Below the pieces are notes generated by a model. That model saw nothing but the letters and a program-made list of their open reading frames with translations, searched no databases and was not told the DNA's origin. From Macrostomum lignano (Eukaryota), in NCBI GenBank assembly GCA_002269645.1, contig NIVC01003944.1, forward strand, positions 1-64,000: a stretch of 64,000 nucleotides of DNA. Reading direction: 5' to 3'. How positions within the stretch are numbered: the stretch's first letter is position 1; each line of letters opens with the position of its first letter. Shown here piece after piece: positions 25,385 to 48,235 of the stretch. A program made the position numbers and the translations under genes.

Positions 25385-26303
25385 TGAGGCCTCCGAGGCG
25401 GAACGGGCAGCTGGGAAAGAATAATACCCCTTGGCGACACGTAAGGGAAGCGTTCGACGCTAATGAATCCGACAAAGGCTGTGCAGATACGGCTGCAACA
25501 GTTGCAACCGGAAGTGGCGATAGACCAAGACAATTGGCTAGCGGTAGGATTTCGTCTTCAAACAAAGCAAAGAAATTATATAGGCGCAGGCGGGGACACC
25601 TGAGCGTGGGTAGCCAGCCAGACCTTGAGAGCAGTAAGGGAAGGGGAAGGAAACGCGCCAGGGGGTGCCGACGAATCCACCGTGCAAAAACGTGAGCCTG
25701 TCGTAGAGTACAAACGCGCGCTTTGCTCCAATTTCGCTTTCGTTCAGTTTAATATAAAATAAAAATTCAACTCGATTGCAGCCCCCAACCGGCAAAGCCT
25801 TCTGTCCTCTCGGCGCCGGCAGAGGGGATCGGCAGTGGCTGAATCGTGGCGCGTATTTGGTTCAAAAAATATGGGCTATGGAAATCTTTGAGCAGAGTGA
25901 AGCAGGGGAACAGAAATAGAGGAGGGGAGCCCGAGGGGTGCTCTAGCCTAGCGTGGCAGATACTGGCCGGGGCCAAGTCAAGGCGGGCAGTCCCGACGCG
26001 GACGCCGTTCGGTTGCACAGGGCATGCACGCGCGAAGCACAGCTAGGACTGAGGGAGTGAGGGATAGCCACAACTATTTGCGGCACACCCAGCAGAACCG
26101 ATGCCAATATAAGTAGAGAGTAGGACGAGGGAGGGCCAGTGCCAGCGGTCGGTTGGAAGCAGGGCTAGAGAGGAGGCGGGGTCGAGCTGCAAGCAGCCGA
26201 ATAAACGTAATGCCCTGCTGCTAGGGGGGGGGGGGATAGAGGTGTGCATAAAGGAGCGCAAGGCGACACACAAGAGCTTCTACTCTCGTCCTCCTGCCCT
26301 TAC

Positions 26304-26562
26304 CCCCTTGCAGTATATCCCTCATAGTGCGCAGCCTATATCCCCTCCCCCTACTGTACGCAGCTTGGGGAGGCTTCAGGGTTGTTGCCGGGGTGAAGTA
26401 AGGCGGAGGTGGGGAGAAATGGCGATGCAACTGATACGATAAGCGGCTGGGGTTGCGGTGGCGACCAAAAAATGGGCTGGGAAGGGGCGTATCTACACAG
26501 TAGTAAGAGTCTCGCCTTCCCCTCGCCGATGATTGCAACTGTGCGCACACCGCGTCGTACAT
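26304..26562 (-). CDS. Candidate upstream coding exon of the unknown gene
   Basis: ATG at 26562, open frame to donor G|GTAAGG (phase 1), which joins in frame to the acceptor at 25411 (26 nt above ATG 25384), giving ...ILQG-AARSASEAS-MASS. Confidence 0.4.
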
Positions 26563-27315
26563 CGTGAGGAACGACGGCGAGAGGCGGCTAGCGGGGAGGA
26601 GGGGGGGGATAGAGAAATTCAAGGACGGGGGCAGACAGGCGGATAGGCAAAGCTATTTTCAACAGCAAGAGCCGGTCCATACATATTGTGTGCATAATGT
26701 GAACTGCTGAAAGGAGGGAGGACGAGGAGGCGGACCAAAGGGAATAGGAACCCGGCTCTATAGTTAAAAAAGATGAGTGTGTTTGGACTAGCAATGAGGA
26801 GCTAGTAGGGAAAGGGAAAATGACAGGGGTTAGGGGGCGGCTTGTTCTTATAAAAGTATAACAGCCAGTCTCAGCCTATAGTGAATTTGCTACCACTGGT
26901 TCAGCGGCATAATGCTGGAAGACAGAGAATGGGGGAGAATAGGGGAGAGTTGAAAAAAACCAGTAAAGCTGCAAGCAGAGATACGGTAATAAATACAAAA
27001 CAACTCCTGCAAAACAATAAAACGACACCGCGTGAGACAAATGCAAAAATAAGGTACGAGTAGTAAGCGGCGAACACGGAATTAATTTTCTGCCACATAA
27101 ATACATTTAACTAACAAACCAATTTACAAAAAAGTGCACCAATTGTAACGCGAATTAGCCAGTCTATTTTTAGCTAATCAAAACTAAGTTTTACCTACTA
27201 ATAGTATGTGTAAATCGCTCTATTAGAGTTAGGCAAACACTTCAATAACAGGCTAATCCCAGTTGCATTTCGATATTTAATACATCCAAGTAAAAATAGC
27301 GCAAGTTTAACGAAC

Positions 27316-27426
27316 CTGACTGCCCGGGTGCTGATAGTGACTGGCGGCCGGCATGTAGTGCTGCGGATAATAGGCGGCGTCAGCTGGATAACCGAGCAGC
27401 GAGTGCGGCAAATGAGACTGGTGCAT
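27316..27426 (-). CDS. Candidate alternative first coding exon of the unknown gene (MHQSHLPHSLLGYPADAAYYPQHYMPAASHYQHPGSQ)
   Basis: GC-rich island, H/Q/Y/P composition like the other exons, preceded by an acceptor (TTTTAATTGCAG), phase-0 donor CAG|GTTCGT compatible with exon 24732. Confidence 0.6.
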
Positions 27427-27577
27427 GGCGTTCCGGATTGCTGCAATTAAAATTTTTCAGCTTCCTTGTTTGTGGCCTGACACCGCTCTGGGCTGGTTTG
27501 TAATTGCATTCATATAATTGCTTCCATAATTAAGCCCAAAAACAAATATTATGGAAGGGCAGGGCAGTGGCCCCGCA

Positions 27578-28285
27578 ACTGAGGATCTGGGAGGGAAACA
27601 GTGACCCAGTCTGAGGATTTGGGAGGGAAACAGTGACCCAGTCTGAGGATTTGGGAGGGAAACAGTGACCCAGTCTGAGGATTTGGGAGGGAAACAGTGA
27701 CCCAGTTTGAGGATTTGGGAGGGAAACAGTGACCCAGTCTGAGGATCTGGGAGGGAAACAGTGACCCAGTCTGAGGATTCGGGAGGGAAACAGTGACCCA
27801 GTCTGAGGATTTGGGAGGGAAACAGTGACCCAGTCTGAGGATTTGGGAGGGAAACAGTGACCCAGTCTGAGGATTTGGGAGGGAAACAGTGACCCAGTCT
27901 GAGGATCTGGGAGGGAAACAGTGACCCAGTCTGAGGATTTGGGAGGGAAACAGTGACCCAGCAACTGATGATCAGGGAGGGCGGTGACACAGCAACTGAT
28001 GATCTGGGAGGGCGATGATACAGCAACTGATGATCTGGGAGGGCGGTGACACAGCAACTGATGATCAGGGAGGGCGGTGACCCAGCAACTGATGATCAGG
28101 GAGGGCGGTGACCCAGCAACTGATGATCTGGGAGGGCGATGATACAGCAACTGATGATCTGGGAGGGCGGTGACCCAGCAACTGATGATCAGGGAGGGCG
28201 GTGACCCAGCAACTGATGATCTGGGAGGGCGATGATACAGCAACTGATGATCTGGGAGGGCGGTGACACAGCAACTGATGATCTA
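27578..28285. repeat. Two fused minisatellites (30-bp GGGAGGGAAACAGTGACCCAGTCTGAGGAT, then 33-bp GGGAGGGCGGTGACCCAGCAACTGATGATC-type)
   Basis: Unit type switches at about 27960. Confidence 0.93.
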
Positions 28286-30481
28286 GGAGGGGGGAGGGGC
28301 TGCAGCCAGCTAAGACCAGCTTTAGAACTGAAAAGGCTGGTCTTGGCCTTAATAAAAGTGGACTAAATGCTGAATGTGCTTTACTAAAATTAGTGAGAAT
28401 GAAAAGCAAAACTAAAAAATATATATCTTTTAAAGGCTTGAAGATAAGCAATCCTAACAATCAGTTTCCAATGCAAGAATTTTTATAGAGGAATGATAGG
28501 TTTAAACACTGCAGACTTACGATGAGCCTTGATTGAGGTCTATAGCACGTCGTGATGGGATCAGAATCACACCTCTTTAGCCGAGAGCACAATCAAGGTT
28601 TGCGGAACCTGAACAGAAGAGACACCAGTCTTAATGCGAATTGTAACTAACTCCAATAGCACCTGGAAATATTAAATATGAAACTATTAAGGTGCGCCAT
28701 TATAAAGGTTAAAGGTAAGCCATTTTTATTCTACCACTATCGACCAAATCACTCTGTCTACCAACAGTAGTAGTATATGGTGAATAGCTAAGCTGAGCTC
28801 TAAAATAATTCAATGATACTAACTGAAACCAAAACTAGTGCTTATATTAGAATTTTAAACGACTAAAATTTAGCACTTGAATGAACAACAAGAAACAAAT
28901 ATACAACATAACTGTCTGCTAAGGTCATATACAATGCTTCTATATTGAAGCCCAAAAATGAATAATATTATGGAAGGCAGTGGCCCCGCAACTGAGGATC
29001 TGGGAGTAAATGGTGAATGATAGACTAGCTCTAGACTAAAGGACAAATAGCAAAGCTGAAGTTTGAGGGCCAAGCCAGTAGCCTACAAATGTGTAATATA
29101 ATAGACTCACAATAAATGCCTTGGGGAGGTGGTATCATTGCCTAACAATGAGCAATAATCCTACCTCACTCAAACTAGGCATTGCCCTACATTTTATTTA
29201 TTCATTCTAATTGACTATAAAATATACTGCCTTTGAATAATTTTTAGTATAGCAAATTCTAAGATGCGAGCCCTATACTCATAGTAGGGCCTTTGGAGGC
29301 CAATATGTTAGAAAGTTTTTGTGGCATGTTAGCAGAAGATAATAGAAAAAAAACCTGTTAGGGCCTATAGTTTATCTACATTGATTTGTATATCTCTCAG
29401 TTCTATTGAGTATGTTATCTTTATAGTCTAATAACTTATTGCACCAGGGAAATATTCTTTAAATTTCATTCTTTATAAGACATTCATTTATAAATCATTA
29501 GCCATTAGCCAATTAAACTCTAGTCAATGACCTTGTTGGAATAATTAGGCAAATGGCATCTATCTTATCAAGCATATTTATAGGCTTTTTTGATGATACA
29601 AATAGCCTATAATATAGAACTGTACTAATGAGTTCTCTACAGTTCTCTAGATCTCTAGATCTAGCTCTTAGTTGGATAAGATTATCACTATACACTTACC
29701 CCCAAGCCTATTTGTTTATACCAACTTCTTTTTCCCATATACCTGCATCAACCCTTTCTTACTGTTTATACAAGGTATAGTCTACAAAAGCCCACTTTGA
29801 TAGAATAGGCAAATCAAATAGATCAATGAAAGAAATGGACATTTTGAAAAGCATAACCTTTTTGGGAAATATATTTAATGGCTTTAAATTGCTAATTGGT
29901 AATATATAGCCAATGTGACTTAAAAACAAAAGCAACTAGATTTTATTACTTCTTGTTTTACTTAATGATAAGCAATGTTGGTCATATATTGGCCAAAACT
30001 ATCTATACCAACTTACTATACACCTGTTTCTCAATTTTTTTATCTTAGTTATATAGGTCCAAGCTTGATTGGCTATCTTTTTTACCCATTTTGTTCCTTA
30101 ATCTTATATTCTTATATTGTTAAATAGTTTGACTAATAGTACTATTGTATTGATTTATTAGTTCTATAATATATCACTAATAGATTAAATATATAAGACC
30201 TTATCCTAGGAATATTAAGTACTTTTAAGTCCAATATCTAGCCAATCTAGCCAGGTAACAAAGTGGCCAAGGCAGGTATGTTGCAAAACCACTCAATCAA
30301 CTAAATACCAAAAACAAAGATTACATAGGAAAAAGTATATGTATAGCAATCAAGAAAACAAATAATCAAAAGAGAAAGAAAATTAAATAGTTAGCTTTCA
30401 AAGAAAAAGAGAATTAAAACTACAGCATATAATAATCAAAGCTATGTTGCAAGTCTATAAATATAATATAATATCAAATAT

Positions 30482-30590
30482 CATACATGTACAACCTCCA
30501 AAATTTGGTTGGCCATGCAACTTAGTTTTAACAAAAAATGTGACAGTTTTTGGCTAAAAATGCAATTAAGCAATGACTTACCTGTGAATT
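30482..30590 (-). mobile_element. Old, CpG-decayed fragment of the hAT MITE found at 52016-52312
   Basis: CATACATGTACAACCTCCAAAATTTGGTTGGCCATGCAACTTAGTTTTAAC... aligns with the reverse complement of the right end of the 52-kb element. Confidence 0.8.
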
Positions 30591-33500
30591 GAATTTAGCG
30601 ATTTGAAAGCTAAAAAAGTAATAAATAATCATTTTAAAAACTTGCATGCATAATACTACCAAAAGTTAAGCATATGGTAAAAAAAGTAACTTATTTTATT
30701 TGAAACTTAAAAGCTAATAATGAGAAATTCATAATTAAATATGCATAGAAAGGTTGTTTCAGTACCATTAGCAGGCGCAGCAGAAAGTTGCGAAAGATTG
30801 GGATAGAAGTGAATCAAAGCAATCGATGCTCATGCGCAAGAAATAAAGTTTCATACTATTTTAATTCATTATTTTAAAGTTTATTTGTAAGAAGTTGTTA
30901 ATTACATGTACGTCTGTATGATCATCATCATAAATAAAGAGATTATATTTAGGCATATAGGTAAGCTCAGATACGTTTGTAATGTTTAAACTTCTTGTAA
31001 GACTTCTATTTTTTGTTCTTTCTTTGTGTCTTTGGTCATTGACATAGACACTACAGTTAACAATGAATTTATTGTTAATTCACAAATTTTTTAATGCAAA
31101 TTTGTTAATCTGTTAGTTCAAAAAAATCTTAACGACAGTCTGTTAACATTAATGAAAAATCTTAATGCTTATTAACGGATTAACGCTTATTAACGGACTG
31201 GTGCCCAACACTGTAGATAATAGACTAGTGTAGGGCATATTACACATTGTTTCGATACTCATAGGAAAGTATATTTTGGATTTACTTACTTATATCATTT
31301 AGTGCCTCTTTGATCCAATTTGCATAATACACATTTGTACATTTTTTCATTTTTGGGACACATTGTACAAAGCTCATTGGAACCCCTAATAACATTGTTG
31401 CTCCTATTATTGCAAATTTATAATTTTACATTTAGGATTTCTTTTTGAATTAATATTTAAACATCTATTATTTTGGTTTAATGTTTCTTTTTATTTTTGT
31501 TTTGATTTCCCCCATTAGCTTATTTGTTTCAGTAGTGCATCTGTTCAAATTTGGCTTCTTGCAAGTTTTATTGTTGATTGTCTTGTCCCATATGCTGGGT
31601 GTTAATCTTTTATAGTCTTATAGCACCAATAGTCTATATTATTAAATAAACTTTGTCATAACTTTGCTAAAATGGTTATAAAGATTGTTTTAATTAATTT
31701 TGTTTATTTATTATTTAAGGGTTATGATCCTTCTAAATTTTAACCTAGACACTTAGGTGCAAGTCATTTTGATAATAAATGTTTTGGTGACAAATAGTCA
31801 TTTCAATGACAATGACAAGTTGCTTCTATGATTTGATAGATATACTTCATCTTTTATCAAAAATAGATTTGGTAAGTAAAGGTGAGTTAGTCAGTTTAGT
31901 AACAGGAGGCACTTTATAATATCAATTAGTAATTATTTTGTTAAAAATTATATTTTATATATTTAAACAAATCTATTTAAAGGTCATTATTTTGAAAAAA
32001 TCAATTGTTGCTTTTTGTTTTACTTTAGTGGGGATCATTTTGAATTAGGGCCTAGTCCTAGAATATTCAGACACAAATATAAAAGAACTTCCTTAGTCCT
32101 CATTAAATCCCACTAAGAAAAACAGAGAAATATTTACCAAATTTAGAAAATGCACAAAAATAAAAGATTGCAACTCTATATAGTAAATAAACAAAATTAA
32201 ATGAGCATTTTGGCACCATTTAGACAATTTTGGCAAAACTCTAACAATTTAGGTTTCATAATCATAGCTATATATAATATAGCTAAATATATATATTTTC
32301 TAGCCTAGGGATGTAGTAGGCCTAGAAATGCCAATTATAATAGCTGAGTAGCAGAATTAACAATCATAGATTTTATCATTTTTTCTTCAAATTAAGGTCA
32401 GAGTAAGTCGGATTATGTTTGTTTAGGGCTAGTTAGATTTACAGTCTTCTATTAGTCTTAGATCTTAGGTCAGAAATTAGATCTGGCTGTGCTTTAATTT
32501 TTTAGCAACTGTCAGTGTCAGAAAATTATTAATATTAATCCAGCAATTTTGAACCAGCGGTATTAAAGAATACCTTTAGCTAAACTTGAGACTACACTGA
32601 TTTACTGAGAAAGACTGTGTGACTTGAGCGATAAGGTATCGATTTCCGATTTAGCAGCTGTGATACATGCTCATGCATACTGTCCGTCCCTGACCTCGGT
32701 TGTTAGTGAGTTATAGAACTAAGAACAAAAAACGTATTTAAAAGTTACATATAATCAGCGTGAAAATTGCATTACTAACCTTTAAAATACATATTTAAAC
32801 TTTTTAAATGCAATTTACTAATATTTCACACTTTTGTGGTCTGCTTTATTTTATGAGCTTGTTCCTGTGTTTTACTTAACAAGGTAAAAAATAAAGCAGT
32901 TAAGCTGCCTTCTCATAAAAGGTTGGTTTCATGCTGAAATGGTCATATAGTATCAAAATATGCATATATCACAAGAATAAATATACATGTACGATGAAAC
33001 GCGACAACGAAAGTAGATGGGAAATATAGTTTAAATTGTGCTTTTGAAATGTCAAATGTGTTTTTTAATTAATTTTTGAGTTTCTTATTTCTTATTTCAA
33101 GTTTTTATTCTCATGTAAGATCATATGCTGGAGGCTCAGACAATCTGAACTGTACTGTTTCATTAAATTCAGATGTACACATGCAGATACACATACATGT
33201 ACAAAAACTACAAAATGCTACAAAAAGTACTCAGAAACGCGTATAATACATGTGTTTATGCATTTAAAACATAAATTTATATATTTCACGCACACGGCAG
33301 GGACTAAGTGTCGTTACTGTACATGATGTTTAAGAAAGATCTATAAACAGCTTGCAGTATAAGTTTTCAAGGCTTGACAGTTTTTCGATTATTTTATTGA
33401 CAAGTTATGGCTTAACCTTGAAAACCACCGGCAAATTATTTGGGGCGTTTCTAATAAATTCTAAACTTGGACTACATCCTACATGACAATTGAAACCTTC

Positions 33501-33774
33501 CAAAAGGTTTTCTGTATGGTATGAGCACATGATCGTTCGTTTATATAAACATAATCGATTTTAATGAACATTATATTTTGTAATAGTGCATCTAAATATA
33601 GAATATTGTTCACTATTTTGTTTTCGGGTAGAATCAAGTTTCAGACAATGTGTACATTATACGTGTGCAACAGAGAGAAAGGCTAAAAGTTCGCTGCAAT
33701 ATTTTAAGAAACAGTTTGTAAAGCTATAGTAAAAAGACTTGTTGTTTACAAAACTAATAATGCATGCAGCAGCC

Positions 33775-34498
33775 TGACGATCGCGTACACCTATTGACGA
33801 TGGTACACCTATTGACGATCGTACACCTATTGACGATCGTACACCTATTGACGATCGTACACCTATTGACGATCGTACACCTATTGACGATCGTACACCT
33901 ATTGACGATCGTACACCTATTGACGATCGTACACCTATTGACGATCGTACACCTATTGACGATCGTACACCTATTGACGATCGTACACCTATTGACGATC
34001 GTACACCTATTGACGATCGTACACCTATTGACGATCGTACACCTATTGACGATCGTACACCTATTGACGATCGTACACCTATTGACGATCGTACACCTAT
34101 TGACGATCGTACACCTATTGACGATCGTACACCTATTGACGATCGTACACCTATTGACGATCGTACACCTACCTATTCACGATCGTACACCTATTGACGA
34201 TCGTACACCTATTGACGATCGTACACCTATTGACGATCGTACACCTATTGACGATCGTACACCTATTGACGATCGTACACCTATTGACGATCGTACACCT
34301 ATTGACGATCGTACACCTATTGACGATCGTACACCTATTGACGATCGTACACCTATTGACGATCGTACACCTATTGACGATCGTACACCTATTGACGATC
34401 GTACACCTACCTATTCACGATCGTAAACCTATTGACGATCGTACACCTATTGACGATCGTACACCTATTGACGATCGTACACCTATTGACGATCGTAC
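33775..34498. repeat. 18-bp minisatellite (GACGATCGTACACCTATT)
   Basis: About 40 nearly perfect copies, with two identical ACCTACCTATTCAC interruptions. Confidence 0.97.
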
Positions 34499-35807
34499 AT
34501 TTGTTCTTATGAAAGGTGCCATGCATTGGAAAAAAATTAATCATGCCATTAAGAGCAAGAAACAGCTTTTTAATCCCCCGCAACTCCACATCCGGATGTG
34601 GCAAAGATGGTCGGTGCCTGCAATTCCTCTTTTAATACCGCGTTTTGGGGGCCTGGCCTGGTGCAATTAAGGCTCCCGGATCCTCTTTCCTACCTGCTTA
34701 GCTATAAATATTCCAAAGCCTGCACATCTTTTTTCAAGTTCTCCCGCGTCTTCAATACTGCCTTGAGCAGCCATTTAAGTTCTTCGCCTGCTTCCTTGCA
34801 TTGTCAGGCCCTTAGCAGCGTAGCGACTGAGGGTTGAATCGGATTCAAAGTCAAATCCAGCTAAATTGTGCTTGCGTTGCAGGCGCACTACTTATACAAT
34901 ATTTACTTGTCCGAAATGTTTTCTGCATTTTTAATTCATCACCACTGATTACAAGCACTAATTAAGTCTAAATCTCTGACTAGTTAACTGCTAATCAGAT
35001 TGAGGCAAACAGGAAAATGTTGTTCCGTCTGCAGTTAATTCCAACCTCTAAAATAGAGGTAGCTTTGGACATCAATTGAGTCAAGGATCATATATTTGGT
35101 ACTGAATTAGTTAGAGCTGATGTAACTGGGTAAAACTGCATGTAAACTAAGTTTTCTTAGAATTAGGCCTAGTTTTTTAGTCAGAACAGTGTACAGGTAC
35201 CTATAGTGTACAGGTACCTCGTACTACGTATACTATATCTGTACTTATACCTGTGCTATTACCTGTACACTGGAGGGATTGAAGCAGTAATCTAACTTGG
35301 GCATTAATTTTTTTAACAACTACACAACCCAATTGGATTGTTCACTAATTAATCAAGTTTCAATCAGCTGTCTGTTACCGCTCCTTCTTCTAGTTGGTCC
35401 CTGCAGCTTATAGCTTGCTAGTGCCCGCAATAGGCTGTGCTGTCAATTATAGTAGTCCAGCTATAGTGTCTAATTCACTCGCTAAAATTTCATAGGGTTC
35501 CGCCTCTTATCGGCATCCAATCAGAAGAATCGATCAGACTTGGCATCTACATTATATTAGACTCTGTTATAGAACAGCAATATTGAGAGATTGAGGTTAA
35601 TTGAGAAACTCAGCTACCTCTTGGCACCCAACTGGGCTTGCGTCATTCGTCCTGGTCTTTAGTGTACGAGCGTAAGCGTTTAACGTTTAAAATAACAATG
35701 CATTACTTTTACTGTTAATAAAATTTCATTTCAACCATAAACAACGGAAATTTCGTTCGTTTCCACTTTTCGTGAGGTAGGTCGGTATCAATCTTAGCGT
35801 TAATCTA

Positions 35808-36095
35808 GAGTAGTGGCTAGATCGTCGGACTCACGACTGAAAGGTCGGGGGTTCGATTCCCAACCCACTCAGAACAATTTGTGTCATTGAGCAAGACACT
35901 TAACTCTGCATTGCTTCAGTTCACCCAGCTGTAAAATGGGGGCCAGCATTAGCTGGGTTAAACTGAGGGTGTGTGTCCTTGGACCCCCCCCCCCCAGTCC
36001 TTGGACTGAACAGCCGTACGCAGCCTTCACATGCGCTGCGCAATAGCTGCGGCTGAGCTAGCTGTCGGTCTGGCCATTGGGGCAGGTGTGTAATC
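35808..36095 (+). mobile_element. tRNA-derived CORE-type SINE, copy 2 (near full length)
   Basis: A-box-like TAGTGGCTAGATCG, B box GGTTCGATTCC (35850-35860), CORE-like block GTGTCATTGAGCAAGACACTTAACTCTG...CAGCTGTAAAATGGG (35881-35940); second copy at 4.7-4.9 kb. Confidence 0.82.
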
Positions 36096-36236
36096 TTGTG
36101 TAATCTCTTGCAAACAAAAACTCTTGCAACTCTGCATCACTTTACTTCACCTTGGCACACTTTAAGCTCGTATTCCATCCCACCCAGAGTTATCAGCCAG
36201 GAACGTATAATCCATTTCAGAACCCTAGCTCCGCCA

Positions 36237-46629
<10,393 letters not shown>

Positions 46630-47039
46630 AGCAGGCCAAATATCTTGAGCCAATTTCTGAAAAACAGTTACAATTCATCACTTTCATGTACAAAGTACAC
46701 GTACATTATTTGAGAGTTCCAGAACCCAGAACGCAGTAAATAATTAAAATATTTTTGCAGCCTTTTTATACAGTAAGTTTAAATATTTCTCTAGTGTGAA
46801 TATTTGTGCTGGATTTCGTTTTTTGATTGCTTAATTAATTTCAATACGCGTATATTTGATTAATAGCAGTATCATTTCTAATTGATGTACTTCACATGTA
46901 AACATACATGTTTAACAAGTTACATACGTATGTACTTTGAACATGTACCTTTATTTAAATTGCAGCTAATACATTTTCACGCCAAACTAAGCGTGTACAC
47001 ATGCTTAATTTATGCATATCTTAATGCTGACTTACTTGT

Positions 47040-48235
47040 ACTTGACTTAGCTGCAGGGTGATCCGTAGACACAGTGGGGAGGCGAGGGTCGCCCATTCCG
47101 ATAACACCTGAAAGCCCGCAAACAAGCAGAGGCGTGGGGCCGGTCAGGGTGGTCCGCGCGCCGGTCCGTCCTACAGTGTGATCTTCCGTAGGGATCAAGA
47201 ACGTGGCTCGTCTTGTCGCCCTGAGAAACTGGATGAGTCGTGGGATGCTGTCGGGCTGGCAGACCTCGTCAATGGACTCTGACGCCGGTCTCTGATAAAG
47301 AATTAAGGGCAGTGACAGACAAAGAGCTGAGCATCTTCATTGTCGTATTCGCAAAAGAGGCAAAGTTCACTCTTGAGGTCGCCTCGGAGGAAACAGCTGC
47401 CTGGCGAGGTAGCCATGGCCGGGATATAGGTCATGACGAGGGCGCGAATATTCTACCGGTTTCGTTCAGAAGGATGTTTCTGAGCCTGCGAGGAGGGCAC
47501 GGAACCGCAGCACGTGATTGTCGGAAGTTCTGGGCGCCCGCATCAGTCACGTGAAGGGAATCAGCCCAGTCATCCATCTTAAGATTGATGACTGGTAGAA
47601 GAGATAGGCAGGGACCAGGGGCTCTGGGTGTAGGAGGGAGCCATGCAGAGCCGCCCCTTTTGGCGAGGGTGTCTGCCAACTCGCTCCGGGAACCCTGCGT
47701 GTCCTGGATCTACTTCAGCCTGACAGTATTGCTATCCAGGAGGTTGAGCTGCCGGGCGTAGTCGGCGACTGACGATGACTATATATAGTCCCTCCACTCG
47801 TACCATTTGGCATTCAGCTCTGCAGCGTAGAAGCTGATAGCAAGGACTTCGTTCTGGAAGACCGTGGAGATTGCCAGTGTGCTGGGCATGCATGGCAGTG
47901 ACGCGGCCATTGATGATGATCGTAGCAGTCTTTATGATGGATCCGTCCGTGTAACAATGGGCCTCCTGGCTCCTGCATGGAAATTCCAGTGGTCAGTGGC
48001 AACATCACTTGAAGGGATGGTGACCTTGTAGCGCTGAGAGGTTGTTAGTGCGAGACGCGCCGTCAGATAAGACGTGGAGCTCACCGCGCCGTCTCTCCAA
48101 GTCTTTGAGGCAGAGTCAGCGTGAGGCGGAGCTTGTGCTTAGCCATGGGCCCTGTGGGCAGGAAACGAAAGCCGGTGTAAATCAGTCTTAGCAGATTCCT
48201 TGCGGACAAAGATATCCAGCGGGGGGGATGTCAAG
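47040..48235 (-). mobile_element. Decayed 3' end of a non-LTR retrotransposon with RNase H and a CCHC knuckle (I/R1/Loa-type LINE)
   Basis: Minus-strand frames with frameshifts and stops give CYTDGSI (about 47955-47935), TVFQNEVLAI (about 47866-47836), VRLK*IQDTQGSRSELADTLAKRG (RNase H end motif), then GHGYLARQL and CLFCEYDNEDAQLFVCHCP. Confidence 0.8.

Noticed and set aside
31030-31212. Possible hAT element ending in GCCCAACACTG
   Set aside because: Only one terminus is recognisable and no TSD was found.
33764-34670. TIVHLL / IDDRTP repeat ORFs
   Set aside because: 18-bp minisatellite with frame switches at variant units; no splice or codon support.
35808-35875. Possible tRNA gene
   Set aside because: A and B boxes are present but there is no complete cloverleaf; the sequence continues into a CORE-like body shared with a second copy, so it is a SINE head.
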